Source of the DNA: a bacterium
GTDB taxonomy: Bacteria > Zhuqueibacterota > Zhuqueibacteria > Residuimicrobiales > Krinioviventaceae
Assembly (NCBI GenBank): GCA_963675755.2
Contig: CAXXMD010000002.1
Location: forward strand, 2,208,001-2,272,000
Direction: 5' to 3'
DNA: 64,000 bases
The notes beneath the pieces were generated by a model. The model worked only from the letters and a program-made list of their open reading frames with translations. It ran no database searches and was not told where the DNA came from. The position numbers were made by a program, and so were the translations under genes. Below are positions 50,134 through 61,160 of this stretch, piece by piece. How positions within the stretch are numbered: the stretch's first letter is position 1; each line of letters starts with the position of its first letter.

Positions 50134-53100
50134 TTAATTGCCTTTACCACAGCAATTTTTATATTTTTTCCCACTTCCACAGGGACAAGGCTCATTTCTA
50201 CCAACTTTATTGGTATTAATCACCTGACGCTGCTTACCCGCCGGACGTCCCGGTGTGGGTTGGGCCTGTGCTTTACCCTTGGGTGGAGCCATTACCTGTT
50301 TAAACAACTCTACCTGAGAATGAGATGTAGATACCTTTTGCGGTTCGGCACGTCTCATTTCCCGTTCTTCAAGCTCACCACCAACATCCAGTACGCGGAA
50401 AAGAGTGCTTACAATATCTCTGTTTGTACTGTCAATCATTTTTACAAACATTTTGTAAGCTTCGCTCTTGTACTCAATCAATGGATCTTTTTGGCCATAA
50501 CCGCGCAATCCAATACCTTCACGCAGTTCATCAACACCACTCAAATGCTGACGCCAGTTCTCATCAATTTTTTCAAGTATATAATACCGCTCGTATCTGG
50601 CTACCATAGATTCGCCAATCTCATCTACACGGCGTCGGTAAATACTTTGTGCCCAACTACTCAGAATATTCATCACCGTATTGGGATCCATTGCCTCACC
50701 ACTTTCATCGTGCAGGCGTGGCGATTGTCTGAATACCAGACGGCATTCCGATTCCAAACGACGAATCTGGGTAGCATCAAGATCATCATTATTACCCAGC
50801 ACACCGCTGATCATCTGATAGATTGTATCATCGATCATGGTTAAAACAGAATCAAAAACAATATCTGTACTGAGCCGTTCCTGATGGTAACGCTCAACCC
50901 GGTCTGCATAGGTTTTATAGAAACTCAAACCCCATGCAACCAGTTCTTCTCGATACGAGTTTAATGTTTCACGTTCACGAGATGCCGGCAGAATCTTGTC
51001 CGGTTTTCCCATAAACATATTCTGAAAACTTGATGCCAGTAGCTGTTGTGTTGATTCGGCATCTTTGTTTTCTTTGATAACATTTTCAAACCTTGCAATA
51101 ATAGAAGATTCTATCAATTCTTCAATGGATGTATTGGCAAGTAACAATTGGTTATATACGGAAATATTTTCTCGTAAATGCTCCAAATAGGTATTTCTTG
51201 CCCATCGCATTGTCTGGTTAACAAGATCAGGCCAGTCTTTCAAGGCTTCAGCAGGTTCAAATGCTTTACCAAATACACCCTGCAAAAACTCTGCCTGTTT
51301 TCCTTCCAGTTCTAAAACATCCCGGCTGTGGTAAGCAGATGCCTGAATAAAACTGTGTTCAACTATTGCATTAATATATTGTACAGATGAAAAATAGCCC
51401 AGAATACGGTTACGATACAACATTTCATCCTTGGCGGTAATTGCCAGACCGTCAAGCCATTCCTGAACTTTTTCAATTACTTTTTCTCGTCGAATGGTAC
51501 GCATCTCATTTTCACCAATGGGCGGACGCTGCATAAATATCTTTTCAAGATCACTTAAAAAGTTCTCTGAATTCCAGGTTGCCGCTGGCGCATCAATTGG
51601 TAAATGACGATTAACCAAACCATTTACATAAATTTCCAGAAAAGTGTTCAACGGAATGGTTTTAAAAAGAATAAGGTCTATTGCTTTTTGCCCGTTTTCT
51701 ACCTGAGAATTATAAACAGATGCAGCCCATTCTTTCAATTTTGATTCAAAAGCATCAGCAGTATCAATATTGCTATTCTCAAGCCAATCTGGTTTTTGCT
51801 CAAAAATACGCTCCATTTCATAACCAATGCCTTCAATATTCCATTTTGAAATATCTCGGGTACCAGCGTTATGCAGTCTTATTTTCAACAATACCAGCTC
51901 ATCTATAATATCTTGAATATTACAATACCCGGTAATACGGTGACGTTCCTGCATTTGATAGAGGTGGCGCTGTTCTTTCAACTTTTCATCAACCCAGGTT
52001 CTCAAAGTCTCCCGAACACCACTAACATCCTGGCTTTCAAGTTCAGATTTGGTAAAATCAGGTTCTGCACCAAAATACCGTTTCAGATTTTCAAACAATT
52101 CATCCAGTTTCCAGGTTGAACGATCATCTTCTTCATCAATAAAGCGTTTGATCTTGGCTTCTACAAAATCTTCCGGCTGTGCAAAACCCAGCAGGTTTTG
52201 TCGTCGTTTATATATAATCTTTCTTTGTTCATTCAATACGTCATCATAATCCAGCAAATGCTTACGGATTTCAAAGTTGCGTTCTTCAACTTTTTTCTGA
52301 GCGCGTTCAATGGATTTTGTGATCATAGAGTGCTCAATGCGCTCTCCCTCATCCATACTGCCTAAACGACTCATAATATTTGTAATGCGGTCAGAACCAA
52401 ACAGACGCATGAGATCATCTTCCAATGACAGATAAAAACGTGAAGAACCCGGGTCTCCCTGACGTCCTGCACGACCACGTAACTGCCGGTCAATTCGACG
52501 GGCTTCGTGTTTTTCTGAACCAATGATCTGCAAACCACCTTTTTCAATCACATCTCTGGTAAGCTTGATATCCGTACCACGACCCGCCATATTGGTCGCA
52601 ATAGTTATAGATCCCGGTAGACCCGCTTTGGCAACAATTTCAGCTTCGTTTTTATGATACTTGGCATTCAATACCGTATGAAAGCGTCCCGATTCCAGCT
52701 CTTTAGTAACATCACCCTTTTTCAGCCAGTTGGCAACAGGAATACCGCGCTGGGTAAACAAATTACTCAGATGCTGAGAAACATCAACTGAAACCGTACC
52801 AATCAGAACCGGTAGTCCTTTTTCATGATACTCTATGGTATCTTTAATGATTGCATCATACTTTTCAGCCTTTGTTCGATAGATCACATCATTCATATCA
52901 TCACGAATAACCGGTCTATTGGTTGGTGCAACAATAACATCCAGCTTATAAGTGCTGTAAAATTCCTGCGCTTCGGTTTCGGCGGTACCGGTCATACCTG
53001 CCAGCTTATTATATAATCTAAAGAAATTCTGCAAAGTAATGGTAGCCAGTGTCTGACTTTCGGCCTGTACTTCAACACCTTCTTTGGCTTCCAACGCTTC

Positions 53101-56100
53101 GTGCAATCCGTCACTGAAACGGCGTCCCGGCATTAAACGACCGGTAAACTGGTCAACAATCATAACCGCTTTATTTCCACGTTTTGCACCGGTACGTCTT
53201 AATTCATTATCTTCCACAGCCTTGACCACATATTCAACATCGTTATGATAAAGGGTATATGCACGCAGCAACTGGGATATATTTTGAACGCGTTCTTCCA
53301 CGCGGTTATAATCCTGCCAGATCTTGTCACGCTGCTGTTCCAGCATTACACGTGGACGTCTCTCAAAATGGATGCGGAACCAGTGTTCAATCTCTTCATT
53401 ACGCATAACAAAATTCGGCATATGGGCATTAGACAGCAATTCTGTCATCTCGCGATCATCCAAAACAACATGGCGTGAACGCAAATGCGCTTTTTCTTTA
53501 GGAAGCAGTCCCTGAAGCTCTGCCCGACTGCCGGCTTTTTTAGTGCTCAACTGCATAATCTCATCGCGAAAACTCTGATACTCATCCCGGTAATTGAAAT
53601 AAGGCAATCCGCCAATCAACAATGTACGGGCGGCTTTTTCAATACCCTTGGGCATTTTGTTTTCATCCAAAACAAATAGAGCATCAATATCTACATTCGG
53701 GTCACTGGCAGCTTCTTTTAATTTATCCACAACCTGACTACGTTCAAAAAACAGTCCTTGTAGATTCTTGCGGCCGTTTTCGGTTAATCCTGAAATATTA
53801 ACAGTCGTCAATACCGGGTCTTCGGGATGCAGGGTACCACTAAACTGGAAATACCTGCGAAGCCAGCGTTGACGTTCTGTAAGGGTTTGATCCGTATCTG
53901 CCAGGTTTGTAAAGATCATCTGTATTGTATTATTGAGGCGTTCTACCTCTTCAAACCGACGAGAAGCACTGATTATCTCTGCGGGCAAGTTGAATTTTTC
54001 CTGTAGATGTGCATCCAGCTTTAACTTGTTTGACAGTTCATTTTTACCGGTGTCACGGCTCCAGGATTTAATTTCTTTATCTACATCGGCAAAGCTCGCG
54101 CCCATCAGGCGTTCCAATTCAGCGTCTGCTAATCCGGATACACGTCCATCCGCGTCAGTTTTAAAAATAGCCTCAGGTTTATCTTTATAATCACCCAGGT
54201 TTTTTTCAAAATGTCGTATTACGGCTTTACTTTCACTGCTGAAATTAGAAAGACATTCAACACCCAAAGCGGTAATGTCAAACCTGCTGGTTTCCATAAC
54301 ATAAAAATCATTGTTTGCAGGGTCTTCAAGTGTTTGAATATGTTCATACAGTGATGTTACATCTTTATCCATATCTTCTACAGCAAGAACATGAGCAGAA
54401 TAATCATAATCTGCCTGGTTTAGGGTATCATCCAACTGTTTTTGGATCTGCTGGTCACGTTCTTCAACCAGGGTTCTGTCAGGCAGTACATACAGATCAG
54501 GATTACCGCCAAGCAGAGCAATACGGCCTTTTTCTGTTATCTGATTTAAAACAGCACCATTGTCTTTAAACTCGAAATATTCCTGTTTAATGTTTTCAAT
54601 AGTGGTCACATCCTGTGTTGTTGCTGGATTTAAAAGTGCAATCAATCCATTAACAGTAGGCAGTAGCATAGGATCACCAGATTTTTGCATTGCCAATACC
54701 GCCAGCTTGCCTTCTTCCGTCAAACCGGTGATTGCGCCAAACTGTTTTTCTGTTTCAAAAAAAACATCGGTCAATTCTCTTCTTCTGTCAACAAGCGGAC
54801 GTTTCATAACCGGCTCAGCATCTACGTCTGCTTCTTCACGTACCATATCTAAAAGCTTTACAAAGGCGTCTACAATGGATTCGTCATACTTTCCGTTTGC
54901 ATTTGATTTCAGATAATCAATACCTGCCGGGGCCATACTATTCACAGCCCGATCCATCTTTTTTGTCATATCGTAAAATTGACGCCAGGCAGAGGCCTTG
55001 TCGCCTTTATTGTTTTGCAAACGTGTATTAACTTCTTCAGGCAAATCGTTCAATTGAAGAGCAAGCTGTTCAATGGGTTCAAACTCAGACTCGGCAACTC
55101 CGGATTGTATACCAATAAGGGCAGCTTTACCCGCAAGGGTCAGGCCATTACAGGTGCCTGTAATGGAATCATGTGTAAAATAGATGGAGCGGTTCTTTTG
55201 CTCACTGAGCTTTTCAAGCGTTGCGCTCAATTCATCCAGCTTTTGAATTTTATGTACAATATCCTGATCACGACCACCCGAGAGGAATATACGTCCCTTT
55301 TCGGTAATGTCTATAACATGGCTTTTTTCGTCAATGGTAAAATACAAATCGGCATCAATTTCACCCATTTGCTTATTAACTTCATATTGGCCCTGAATTC
55401 GCTCAATCAATTTCTTGACCCAGAATTCCGAAGTCAACAGTTCAAGCAGTTCCTTGTTTTTAGGATCTCCACGATGTACCTGAAGGATCTTGATACCTGC
55501 CTGCTCTTCTTCATTCTCGAGCAATTCTTTGCCTTCCCGCAACAGTTGCTGTACCAGTTCGTTTTGTCGTTTTGCCAGGTTCTCTACAGTGGGTTTTAAT
55601 TCTTTGTAAATATTCTTGGGTGCGCCAACAGCTCCCGAGATAATAAGCGGGGTTCTGGCTTCATCAATTAAAACACTGTCCACCTCATCCACAATTGCGT
55701 AATGTAATGGACGCTGAACAACAGACCAGACATCCTGAGCCATATTATCACGCAAATAATCAAAACCAAACTCGTTGTTGGTACCATACGTAATATCGGC
55801 ATGATATGCCGCGCGGCGTTCTTCAGGAGATTGATCTCCAAAAATTGCGGCTACGGTTAATCCCAAAAATTTGTAAATCTCGCCCATCCATTCACAGTCA
55901 CGTTGGGCCAGATAATCATTAACAGTGATAAGATGCACACCCTTGCCTTCTAACGCATTCAGATACAAAGGCATAGAGGCTACAAGGGTTTTACCTTCAC
56001 CCGTTGCCATTTCTGCTATTTTTCCTGAATGCAGAATCATACCACCCAATATCTGCACGTCATAAGGGATCATGTCCCATTCTATCTCCTGCCCTCGTAC

Positions 56101-56364
56101 AATCCATTTTTTACCACGCAGCCGTCTACATGTATCCTTGACAACAGCAAAGGCCTCGGGCAAAATATCATCAAGAGTTTCCCCCATACGTAATCTATAT
56201 TTAAATTCGTTGGTTTTCGCTTTTAACTCATCATCAGACAAATGCTCATATTCTTTAGCATATTCATTCACCGTACCAACTAGTGGTTCTAGCCGTTTAA
56301 CTTCACGTTCGGTGCTTGTGCCTCCCATAACCTTGGAAAGCATTTTTTCAATAGACTTTAACAT
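50134..56364 (-). CDS. secA: Protein translocase ATPase SecA, giant 2076-aa form with internal repeat expansions
   Basis: [76 protein letters not shown] motif [19 protein letters not shown]. Confidence 0.97.
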   Translation of the reverse strand: MLKSIEKMLSKVMGGTSTEREVKRLEPLVGTVNEYAKEYEHLSDDELKAKTNEFKYRLRMGETLDDILPEAFAVVKDTCRRLRGKKWIVRGQEIEWDMIPYDVQILGGMILHSGKIAEMATGEGKTLVASMPLYLNALEGKGVHLITVNDYLAQRDCEWMGEIYKFLGLTVAAIFGDQSPEERRAAYHADITYGTNNEFGFDYLRDNMAQDVWSVVQRPLHYAIVDEVDSVLIDEARTPLIISGAVGAPKNIYKELKPTVENLAKRQNELVQQLLREGKELLENEEEQAGIKILQVHRGDPKNKELLELLTSEFWVKKLIERIQGQYEVNKQMGEIDADLYFTIDEKSHVIDITEKGRIFLSGGRDQDIVHKIQKLDELSATLEKLSEQKNRSIYFTHDSITGTCNGLTLAGKAALIGIQSGVAESEFEPIEQLALQLNDLPEEVNTRLQNNKGDKASAWRQFYDMTKKMDRAVNSMAPAGIDYLKSNANGKYDESIVDAFVKLLDMVREEADVDAEPVMKRPLVDRRRELTDVFFETEKQFGAITGLTEEGKLAVLAMQKSGDPMLLPTVNGLIALLNPATTQDVTTIENIKQEYFEFKDNGAVLNQITEKGRIALLGGNPDLYVLPDRTLVEERDQQIQKQLDDTLNQADYDYSAHVLAVEDMDKDVTSLYEHIQTLEDPANNDFYVMETSRFDITALGVECLSNFSSESKAVIRHFEKNLGDYKDKPEAIFKTDADGRVSGLADAELERLMGASFADVDKEIKSWSRDTGKNELSNKLKLDAHLQEKFNLPAEIISASRRFEEVERLNNTIQMIFTNLADTDQTLTERQRWLRRYFQFSGTLHPEDPVLTTVNISGLTENGRKNLQGLFFERSQVVDKLKEAASDPNVDIDALFVLDENKMPKGIEKAARTLLIGGLPYFNYRDEYQSFRDEIMQLSTKKAGSRAELQGLLPKEKAHLRSRHVVLDDREMTELLSNAHMPNFVMRNEEIEHWFRIHFERRPRVMLEQQRDKIWQDYNRVEERVQNISQLLRAYTLYHNDVEYVVKAVEDNELRRTGAKRGNKAVMIVDQFTGRLMPGRRFSDGLHEALEAKEGVEVQAESQTLATITLQNFFRLYNKLAGMTGTAETEAQEFYSTYKLDVIVAPTNRPVIRDDMNDVIYRTKAEKYDAIIKDTIEYHEKGLPVLIGTVSVDVSQHLSNLFTQRGIPVANWLKKGDVTKELESGRFHTVLNAKYHKNEAEIVAKAGLPGSITIATNMAGRGTDIKLTRDVIEKGGLQIIGSEKHEARRIDRQLRGRAGRQGDPGSSRFYLSLEDDLMRLFGSDRITNIMSRLGSMDEGERIEHSMITKSIERAQKKVEERNFEIRKHLLDYDDVLNEQRKIIYKRRQNLLGFAQPEDFVEAKIKRFIDEEDDRSTWKLDELFENLKRYFGAEPDFTKSELESQDVSGVRETLRTWVDEKLKEQRHLYQMQERHRITGYCNIQDIIDELVLLKIRLHNAGTRDISKWNIEGIGYEMERIFEQKPDWLENSNIDTADAFESKLKEWAASVYNSQVENGQKAIDLILFKTIPLNTFLEIYVNGLVNRHLPIDAPAATWNSENFLSDLEKIFMQRPPIGENEMRTIRREKVIEKVQEWLDGLAITAKDEMLYRNRILGYFSSVQYINAIVEHSFIQASAYHSRDVLELEGKQAEFLQGVFGKAFEPAEALKDWPDLVNQTMRWARNTYLEHLRENISVYNQLLLANTSIEELIESSIIARFENVIKENKDAESTQQLLASSFQNMFMGKPDKILPASRERETLNSYREELVAWGLSFYKTYADRVERYHQERLSTDIVFDSVLTMIDDTIYQMISGVLGNNDDLDATQIRRLESECRLVFRQSPRLHDESGEAMDPNTVMNILSSWAQSIYRRRVDEIGESMVARYERYYILEKIDENWRQHLSGVDELREGIGLRGYGQKDPLIEYKSEAYKMFVKMIDSTNRDIVSTLFRVLDVGGELEEREMRRAEPQKVSTSHSQVELFKQVMAPPKGKAQAQPTPGRPAGKQRQVINTNKVGRNEPCPCGSGKKYKNCCGKGN

Positions 56365-56530
56365 TTACAAAATCCTCGTTTATCAAATCTATAATAATTA
56401 TACCGGCAATACTTATATGTATACAAACTACACAAGTTTCAAATTTAATGGATTTTAGGCTAAAAATCCAGCAAATAAATCACGCCGGCATTATTAAAAT
56501 TGGCTGTTATCAAATTAGAGCATGGTGGGG

Positions 56531-57052
56531 TTAAGCGGGCAAATCCTGTTTATCCAGGCATCCTCTACCGGTTTTTTGTATTTGATTGTTCTTTTTCAAA
56601 CTTTCATAAACAGCATCCAAAATCCCGTTAATAAAACCACCGCTCTTGTCCGTACTATACAGCTTGGATAATTCGATAGCCTCATCAATGGAAACTTTGG
56701 GTGGTATATCATTAAAATTCATAAACTCACATATCGCAATACGCATAATAATGCGATCAATAATTGCAATACGTTCAAACTTCCAATTGGTGGAATGGTC
56801 CCGAATATTTTGATCCAGAACTTCCCGTTGGTCATATGTTTGGCGAATCAATTGTTTGGTAAACTGGGTAATTGTATTATCTACAACATCCTTACCCAAA
56901 ACCAGAGTCAAAACCTGCAGAACAGAATTGCCAGAGAGTTCCAGGGCATATAAACCCTGTAAAGCTGTCTCTCTGGCTTTTCTACGACTTGCGGGGGGTG
57001 AAATTAATTCAATTTCATCATTATTTTCAATAAACATGGTATAAAAGAACAC
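56531..57052 (-). CDS. nusB: Transcription antitermination factor NusB
   Basis: RRKARE..LQ.LY, W...RIA.IDR, PPKVSIDEAIEL, FINGILD; true start may be ATG 57037. Confidence 0.95.
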   Translation of the reverse strand: MFFYTMFIENNDEIELISPPASRRKARETALQGLYALELSGNSVLQVLTLVLGKDVVDNTITQFTKQLIRQTYDQREVLDQNIRDHSTNWKFERIAIIDRIIMRIAICEFMNFNDIPPKVSIDEAIELSKLYSTDKSGGFINGILDAVYESLKKNNQIQKTGRGCLDKQDLPA

Positions 57053-57053
57053 C

Positions 57054-57983
57054 TTATAAAGTTATAAAATCATGCCAATTGTAAATATCATCACACTCGC
57101 CGTTGATATATTCAAAATAGCGTTTCTGTATCTTTTCTGTAATTTCGCCCCTGCTACCACTGCCAATAGGAATTCTATCAACAGAACGAACCGGGGTAAT
57201 TTCTGCCGCAGTACCTGAAAAGAATATTTCATCTGCCAGGTACAGCATTTCGCGAGGTATTTTAGTTTCCACTACAGGAAGATCCATTTCTTTAGCAATG
57301 GTAAACACACAATCACGTGTTATACCCAATAAAATACTGGAATGTATTGCCGGCGTATATATCACACCATCACGTATCACATAGATATTCTCTCCGCTGC
57401 CCTCACTGACATAACCCTGAACATCAAGCCCAATACCTTCAGAAAAACCATTCTGGGTTGCTTCGGTTTTGATCAGTTGAGAGTTCATATAGTTAGAGCC
57501 TGCTTTGGCCATAGAAGGCATTGTATTGGGTGCCAGTCGGTTCCAGCTCGCAACACCAACATCCACACCGTTAACAATTGCCTCTTCACCCAGATAACGT
57601 CCCCAATTCAGACCGCCAATTATCACTTCTACCGGGCATTTGGAAGCATCCACACCCAGACTATGATACCCACGGTAAACAAGCGGACGTACATAAGCTG
57701 ATTCAAATTTATTTACTTTGATTGTTTCTTTACATGCCTCTACAATTTCTTCCTGTGAAAAGGGAATAGGCATACGATATATTTTAGCAGAATCAAACAA
57801 TCGTCTGATATGCTCTTTTAATCTAAAAATACTGGGACCGTTTGGTGTTTTGTAACAACGCATGCCTTCAAAAACACTGGTTCCATAATGCAGAACATGA
57901 GACATGACATGGACATTTGCATCTTTCCACGCTACAAACTCACCATTCATCCATATTTTGCCCTGTTCATCTCTGGGATCCAT
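57054..57983 (-). CDS. ilvE: Branched-chain amino acid aminotransferase
   Basis: LHYGTSVFEGMRCY, AKAGSNY, EGSGEN, LLGITR, GTAAEITPV. Confidence 0.96.
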   Translation of the reverse strand: MDPRDEQGKIWMNGEFVAWKDANVHVMSHVLHYGTSVFEGMRCYKTPNGPSIFRLKEHIRRLFDSAKIYRMPIPFSQEEIVEACKETIKVNKFESAYVRPLVYRGYHSLGVDASKCPVEVIIGGLNWGRYLGEEAIVNGVDVGVASWNRLAPNTMPSMAKAGSNYMNSQLIKTEATQNGFSEGIGLDVQGYVSEGSGENIYVIRDGVIYTPAIHSSILLGITRDCVFTIAKEMDLPVVETKIPREMLYLADEIFFSGTAAEITPVRSVDRIPIGSGSRGEITEKIQKRYFEYINGECDDIYNWHDFITL

Positions 57984-58001
57984 AATACCCTCCTAAAAAA
58001 A

Positions 58002-59729
58002 TCATCTTAAATCTTTAGCTCTTAATTGTATGGTTTTTCGTCCCATATATTCATTTTCTTCAATAACATACGCCAGATCAAGATTTCCGTCACCGGGAGA
58101 TACTCTATAAAACAGATCACCCATATTAAATCCTATTACATCTAAAACCTTGCCGTTCTGACGGACCCTGAATTTCAGGTGGTTTCGACCAACAATCAGG
58201 GGACTACCGACTACCTGCAACTGCCGTGAAACGAATATAGGACGCATATTATGTGGTCCAAATGGAGCAAATTTTTTCAACATATTTACAAAACTATCAT
58301 CAATTTGGTCCAAAGTCAACTCTGCATCTATAGACAATTTGGGAATAAGTAATTCTTCAGTAATTTTATTTCTTGCAATTTCCTCAAATCGGTCAATAAA
58401 TACTTTTAAATTTTCTTCTTTGATTGATAAACCGGCAGCATATTTATGTCCGCCATAACCAATCAATAAATCCTCGCATTCCTGCAAAGACTCGTACAGA
58501 TCAAAGCCCTGAATACTTCGGGCAGATGCTTTACCCACACCTTCTTCAATAGATATCAATATGGTTGGGCGATAATATTTTTCAACAATTCTTGAAGCAA
58601 CTATACCAATAACGCCGGTATGCCAATTCTGCTTATGCAATACAAGCGAATGGGTTTTTCCATTTTGAAAAAGCTTGTCTGCCTGAAACAATGCTTCGTT
58701 AAAGGTCTCCTCATCCACAGTTTTACGATGCCGGTTTTCAGACTCTATGACCTGGGCAATCTGGGTTGCCTCATTTTCATCAACTGTAGTCAACAGTTTT
58801 ACCGCACGTTCAGCATCACCCATTCTGCCAACGGCGTTTAAACGGGGAGCAATAATAAATACAATCTGACCAGTCCCAATATCCTTGCCCAGTAAACCGG
58901 CAGCCTGAATGAGTGTACGAAGTCCTACATTTTCGCTTTCATTCAACTTTTCCAGACCAATCTTGACAAAAATACGATTTTCATCAATCAACGGAACAAT
59001 ATCCGCAGCGGTACCAATGGCTACCAGCTCAATATATTGCTCAAGAATAGACATGTCGATTTCCATGCGCATCAACAAACCCTGAGCAACCTTGTAAGCA
59101 ACACCTACACCTGCAAGTTCTTTAAAGGGATATGTAGAATCACTCCGCTTGGGATCAATCACAGCAACCGCGTTAGGCAAATCTGCCCCCGGTTCATGGT
59201 GATCCGTAACAATTACATCAATACTGTGTGTCTGAGCGGCATCGATCTGTTCATGTCCGGTAATACCGCAGTCTACTGTTACAATCAGGTTAACACCCAG
59301 TTCAAGCGCAAACTGGATACCTTTTTCAGACAATCCATATCCTTCAATTTGACGGTCAGGGATATAATAATGTACATCTGCCCCCAGCTCTTCAAGCAAT
59401 AAATAGAGAAATGATACAGAAGTAATACCGTCTACATCATAATCCCCATAAATCAAAATCCTTTCGTTGCTTAAAATGGCACGACGTAATCTTTCAACCC
59501 CCAAATGCATATCATTCAACAAAAACGGATCGTACAACTGGTCCAAAGTCGATTGAAAAAACTTTTTCGCGCTTTCAATTGTATGCACACCACGTCGAAT
59601 TAAAATTTGGGCAATGATTGCAGGCAGCTCGGTCTTTGCGGCCAAATCATAAACAAGCTCCCTGTTTTCATCTTCCAAAACAATCCATTTTAGGTCCATA
59701 AACAAGCTCCGGGATTTATCAAATATCAT
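58002..59729 (-). CDS. recJ: Single-stranded-DNA exonuclease RecJ
   Basis: YGDYDVDG, TVDCG, TDHH, APRLNAVGR, GGHKYAAG, PFG. Confidence 0.96.
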   Translation of the reverse strand: MIFDKSRSLFMDLKWIVLEDENRELVYDLAAKTELPAIIAQILIRRGVHTIESAKKFFQSTLDQLYDPFLLNDMHLGVERLRRAILSNERILIYGDYDVDGITSVSFLYLLLEELGADVHYYIPDRQIEGYGLSEKGIQFALELGVNLIVTVDCGITGHEQIDAAQTHSIDVIVTDHHEPGADLPNAVAVIDPKRSDSTYPFKELAGVGVAYKVAQGLLMRMEIDMSILEQYIELVAIGTAADIVPLIDENRIFVKIGLEKLNESENVGLRTLIQAAGLLGKDIGTGQIVFIIAPRLNAVGRMGDAERAVKLLTTVDENEATQIAQVIESENRHRKTVDEETFNEALFQADKLFQNGKTHSLVLHKQNWHTGVIGIVASRIVEKYYRPTILISIEEGVGKASARSIQGFDLYESLQECEDLLIGYGGHKYAAGLSIKEENLKVFIDRFEEIARNKITEELLIPKLSIDAELTLDQIDDSFVNMLKKFAPFGPHNMRPIFVSRQLQVVGSPLIVGRNHLKFRVRQNGKVLDVIGFNMGDLFYRVSPGDGNLDLAYVIEENEYMGRKTIQLRAKDLR

Positions 59730-59748
59730 TCATATACAAATCATATAA

Positions 59749-60102
59749 TACAAAGCAGGTCATAAGCCGAATTCTGTTATCCGCAAATGCGGATCGATGA
59801 TCATTTATCTGGGATGGCGATTGCCCGCCACCTCAAGCGACCTACCCGAGAGTCAAACGAGACGGGCCGCCTCTTCTCTCCTATTTGGTCTTGCTCCGAA
59901 TGGGGTTTACCCTGCCCCCGATGTCACCACCGGGGCGGTGAGCTCTTACCTCGCCATTTCACCTTTGCCCCAAAGGGCTGTATATTTTCTGTGGCACTTT
60001 CCCTGCTTCACAACAGGTCCGCGTTACGGACCATTCTGCCCTGTGGAGTTCGGACTTTCCTCATGCGCCAGAGGCGCACGCGATCATCTGCCCTGCTTTG
60101 TA
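59749..60102 (-). ncRNA. rnpB: RNase P RNA (bacterial type A)
   Basis: Minus strand has GAGGAAAGTCCGAACTCC near the 5' end and ACAGAATTCGGCTTA near the 3' end; terminal P1 pairing TACAAAGCAGG/CCTGCTTTGTA. Confidence 0.97.
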
Positions 60103-60153
60103 TATTAAAATAACAAATTACACCAATTTTCAAAGCATATAATTAGCTATTTT

Positions 60154-60903
60154 CTAATTATTTACAGATTGCTCTTCAGCTTCAGGTTTCTTGTTCTTTT
60201 CTATATCCCACACCATGATCCTGCCACAGACTTCACAATAGTACAAAGTATCCATCAACCGGATCTCTAAACCTCGCTGCGGCGGTATGCGGGAAGAACA
60301 CTCTCTGCATGCACCATCTTCCAGATATGCTAATGCTCTGCCGCCTCGGTTCACCCGGATACGGTCATAGGTATTCAACAAGGGTCTTGAAATTCCTTTT
60401 GCTAAATCATCCCGCTCAACCAATAATACGTCTTCTTCTTCTTTGGTTTTTTCCAACATCACTTCAAGGTTCTTTTGTTTATCTACAAACTGTGCTTCCT
60501 GTTCCTCAAGTTTTTGGGTGGTTTCAGTAATTCTCTCACCCAAAGTGGTCAATGCTTCATCAAGTTCCAATACTTCATATTCATGTTCTTCAATATTTTT
60601 TTCACAATTTTCAATTTCTAATGTCATTGCATCATATTCTTTATTGTTTTTCACCTGATATAATTGATCCTGATATTTTTTCAATTTTCCATTAAGCAGC
60701 TCAACTTCACCCTCAATCTGATGTTTGCGGGTTTCTTTTTCTTTTTTATCAATATTCAATTGTTCCAGTAAAAGACGTATGCCTTCTATCTCATTTTTCA
60801 ATTCATTTACTTTTTGAGGTAAATCTCCTCTTGCTTCCTCCAATGTCTGCAATTTTATATCTACTACCTGCAGTGCCATTAATTTTTCCAGGATTTTACG
60901 CAA
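60154..60903 (-). CDS. Coiled-coil protein with C4 zinc ribbon (DUF164/CT398/HP0958-like)
   Basis: Long coiled coil, NNKEYDA, C-terminal CREC...CEVCGRI. Confidence 0.88.
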   Translation of the reverse strand: MRKILEKLMALQVVDIKLQTLEEARGDLPQKVNELKNEIEGIRLLLEQLNIDKKEKETRKHQIEGEVELLNGKLKKYQDQLYQVKNNKEYDAMTLEIENCEKNIEEHEYEVLELDEALTTLGERITETTQKLEEQEAQFVDKQKNLEVMLEKTKEEEDVLLVERDDLAKGISRPLLNTYDRIRVNRGGRALAYLEDGACRECSSRIPPQRGLEIRLMDTLYYCEVCGRIMVWDIEKNKKPEAEEQSVNN

Positions 60904-60952
60904 TTTTAATTCTCCTTTTCACGATTATCATATGTTTGTTACGGGCCATAAC

Positions 60953-60988
60953 AAAAAAAAAGTGCACCCAGAATCTGGATGCACTTTT
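60953..60988 (-). terminator. Intrinsic terminator downstream of the aminopeptidase-like gene
   Basis: A-tract, GTGCACCCAG-AAT-CTGGATGCAC, TTTT. Confidence 0.65.
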
Positions 60989-61160
60989 AATATATTGTCA
61001 ACTGTACAAGTTTTTTTATTTGACTAATGCGTTGATCACTCTCAAAATCTTTTATTATCATTTTCCTATCCAAAGAACCTCATAAAACATTTTATGCATT
61101 AAAGTAAAATAAAGATAAATTTTAAAAGAATCAAGAAAAAATCTCACCAGTATCAATTAT

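Noticed and set aside
50104-50844. 246-aa antisense ORF and the many other antisense or nested ORFs over ftsH, secA, GH38 and others
   Set aside because: They overlap well-supported genes and have no recognisable motifs.
53330-55350. Inteins as the cause of SecA length
   Set aside because: No Cys/Ser start with His-Asn end at insert borders, no LAGLIDADG motif; inserts lie in variable domains and resemble SecA's own motifs.
59787-60113. Two plus-strand ORFs of 103-108 aa
   Set aside because: Antisense shadows of rnpB.
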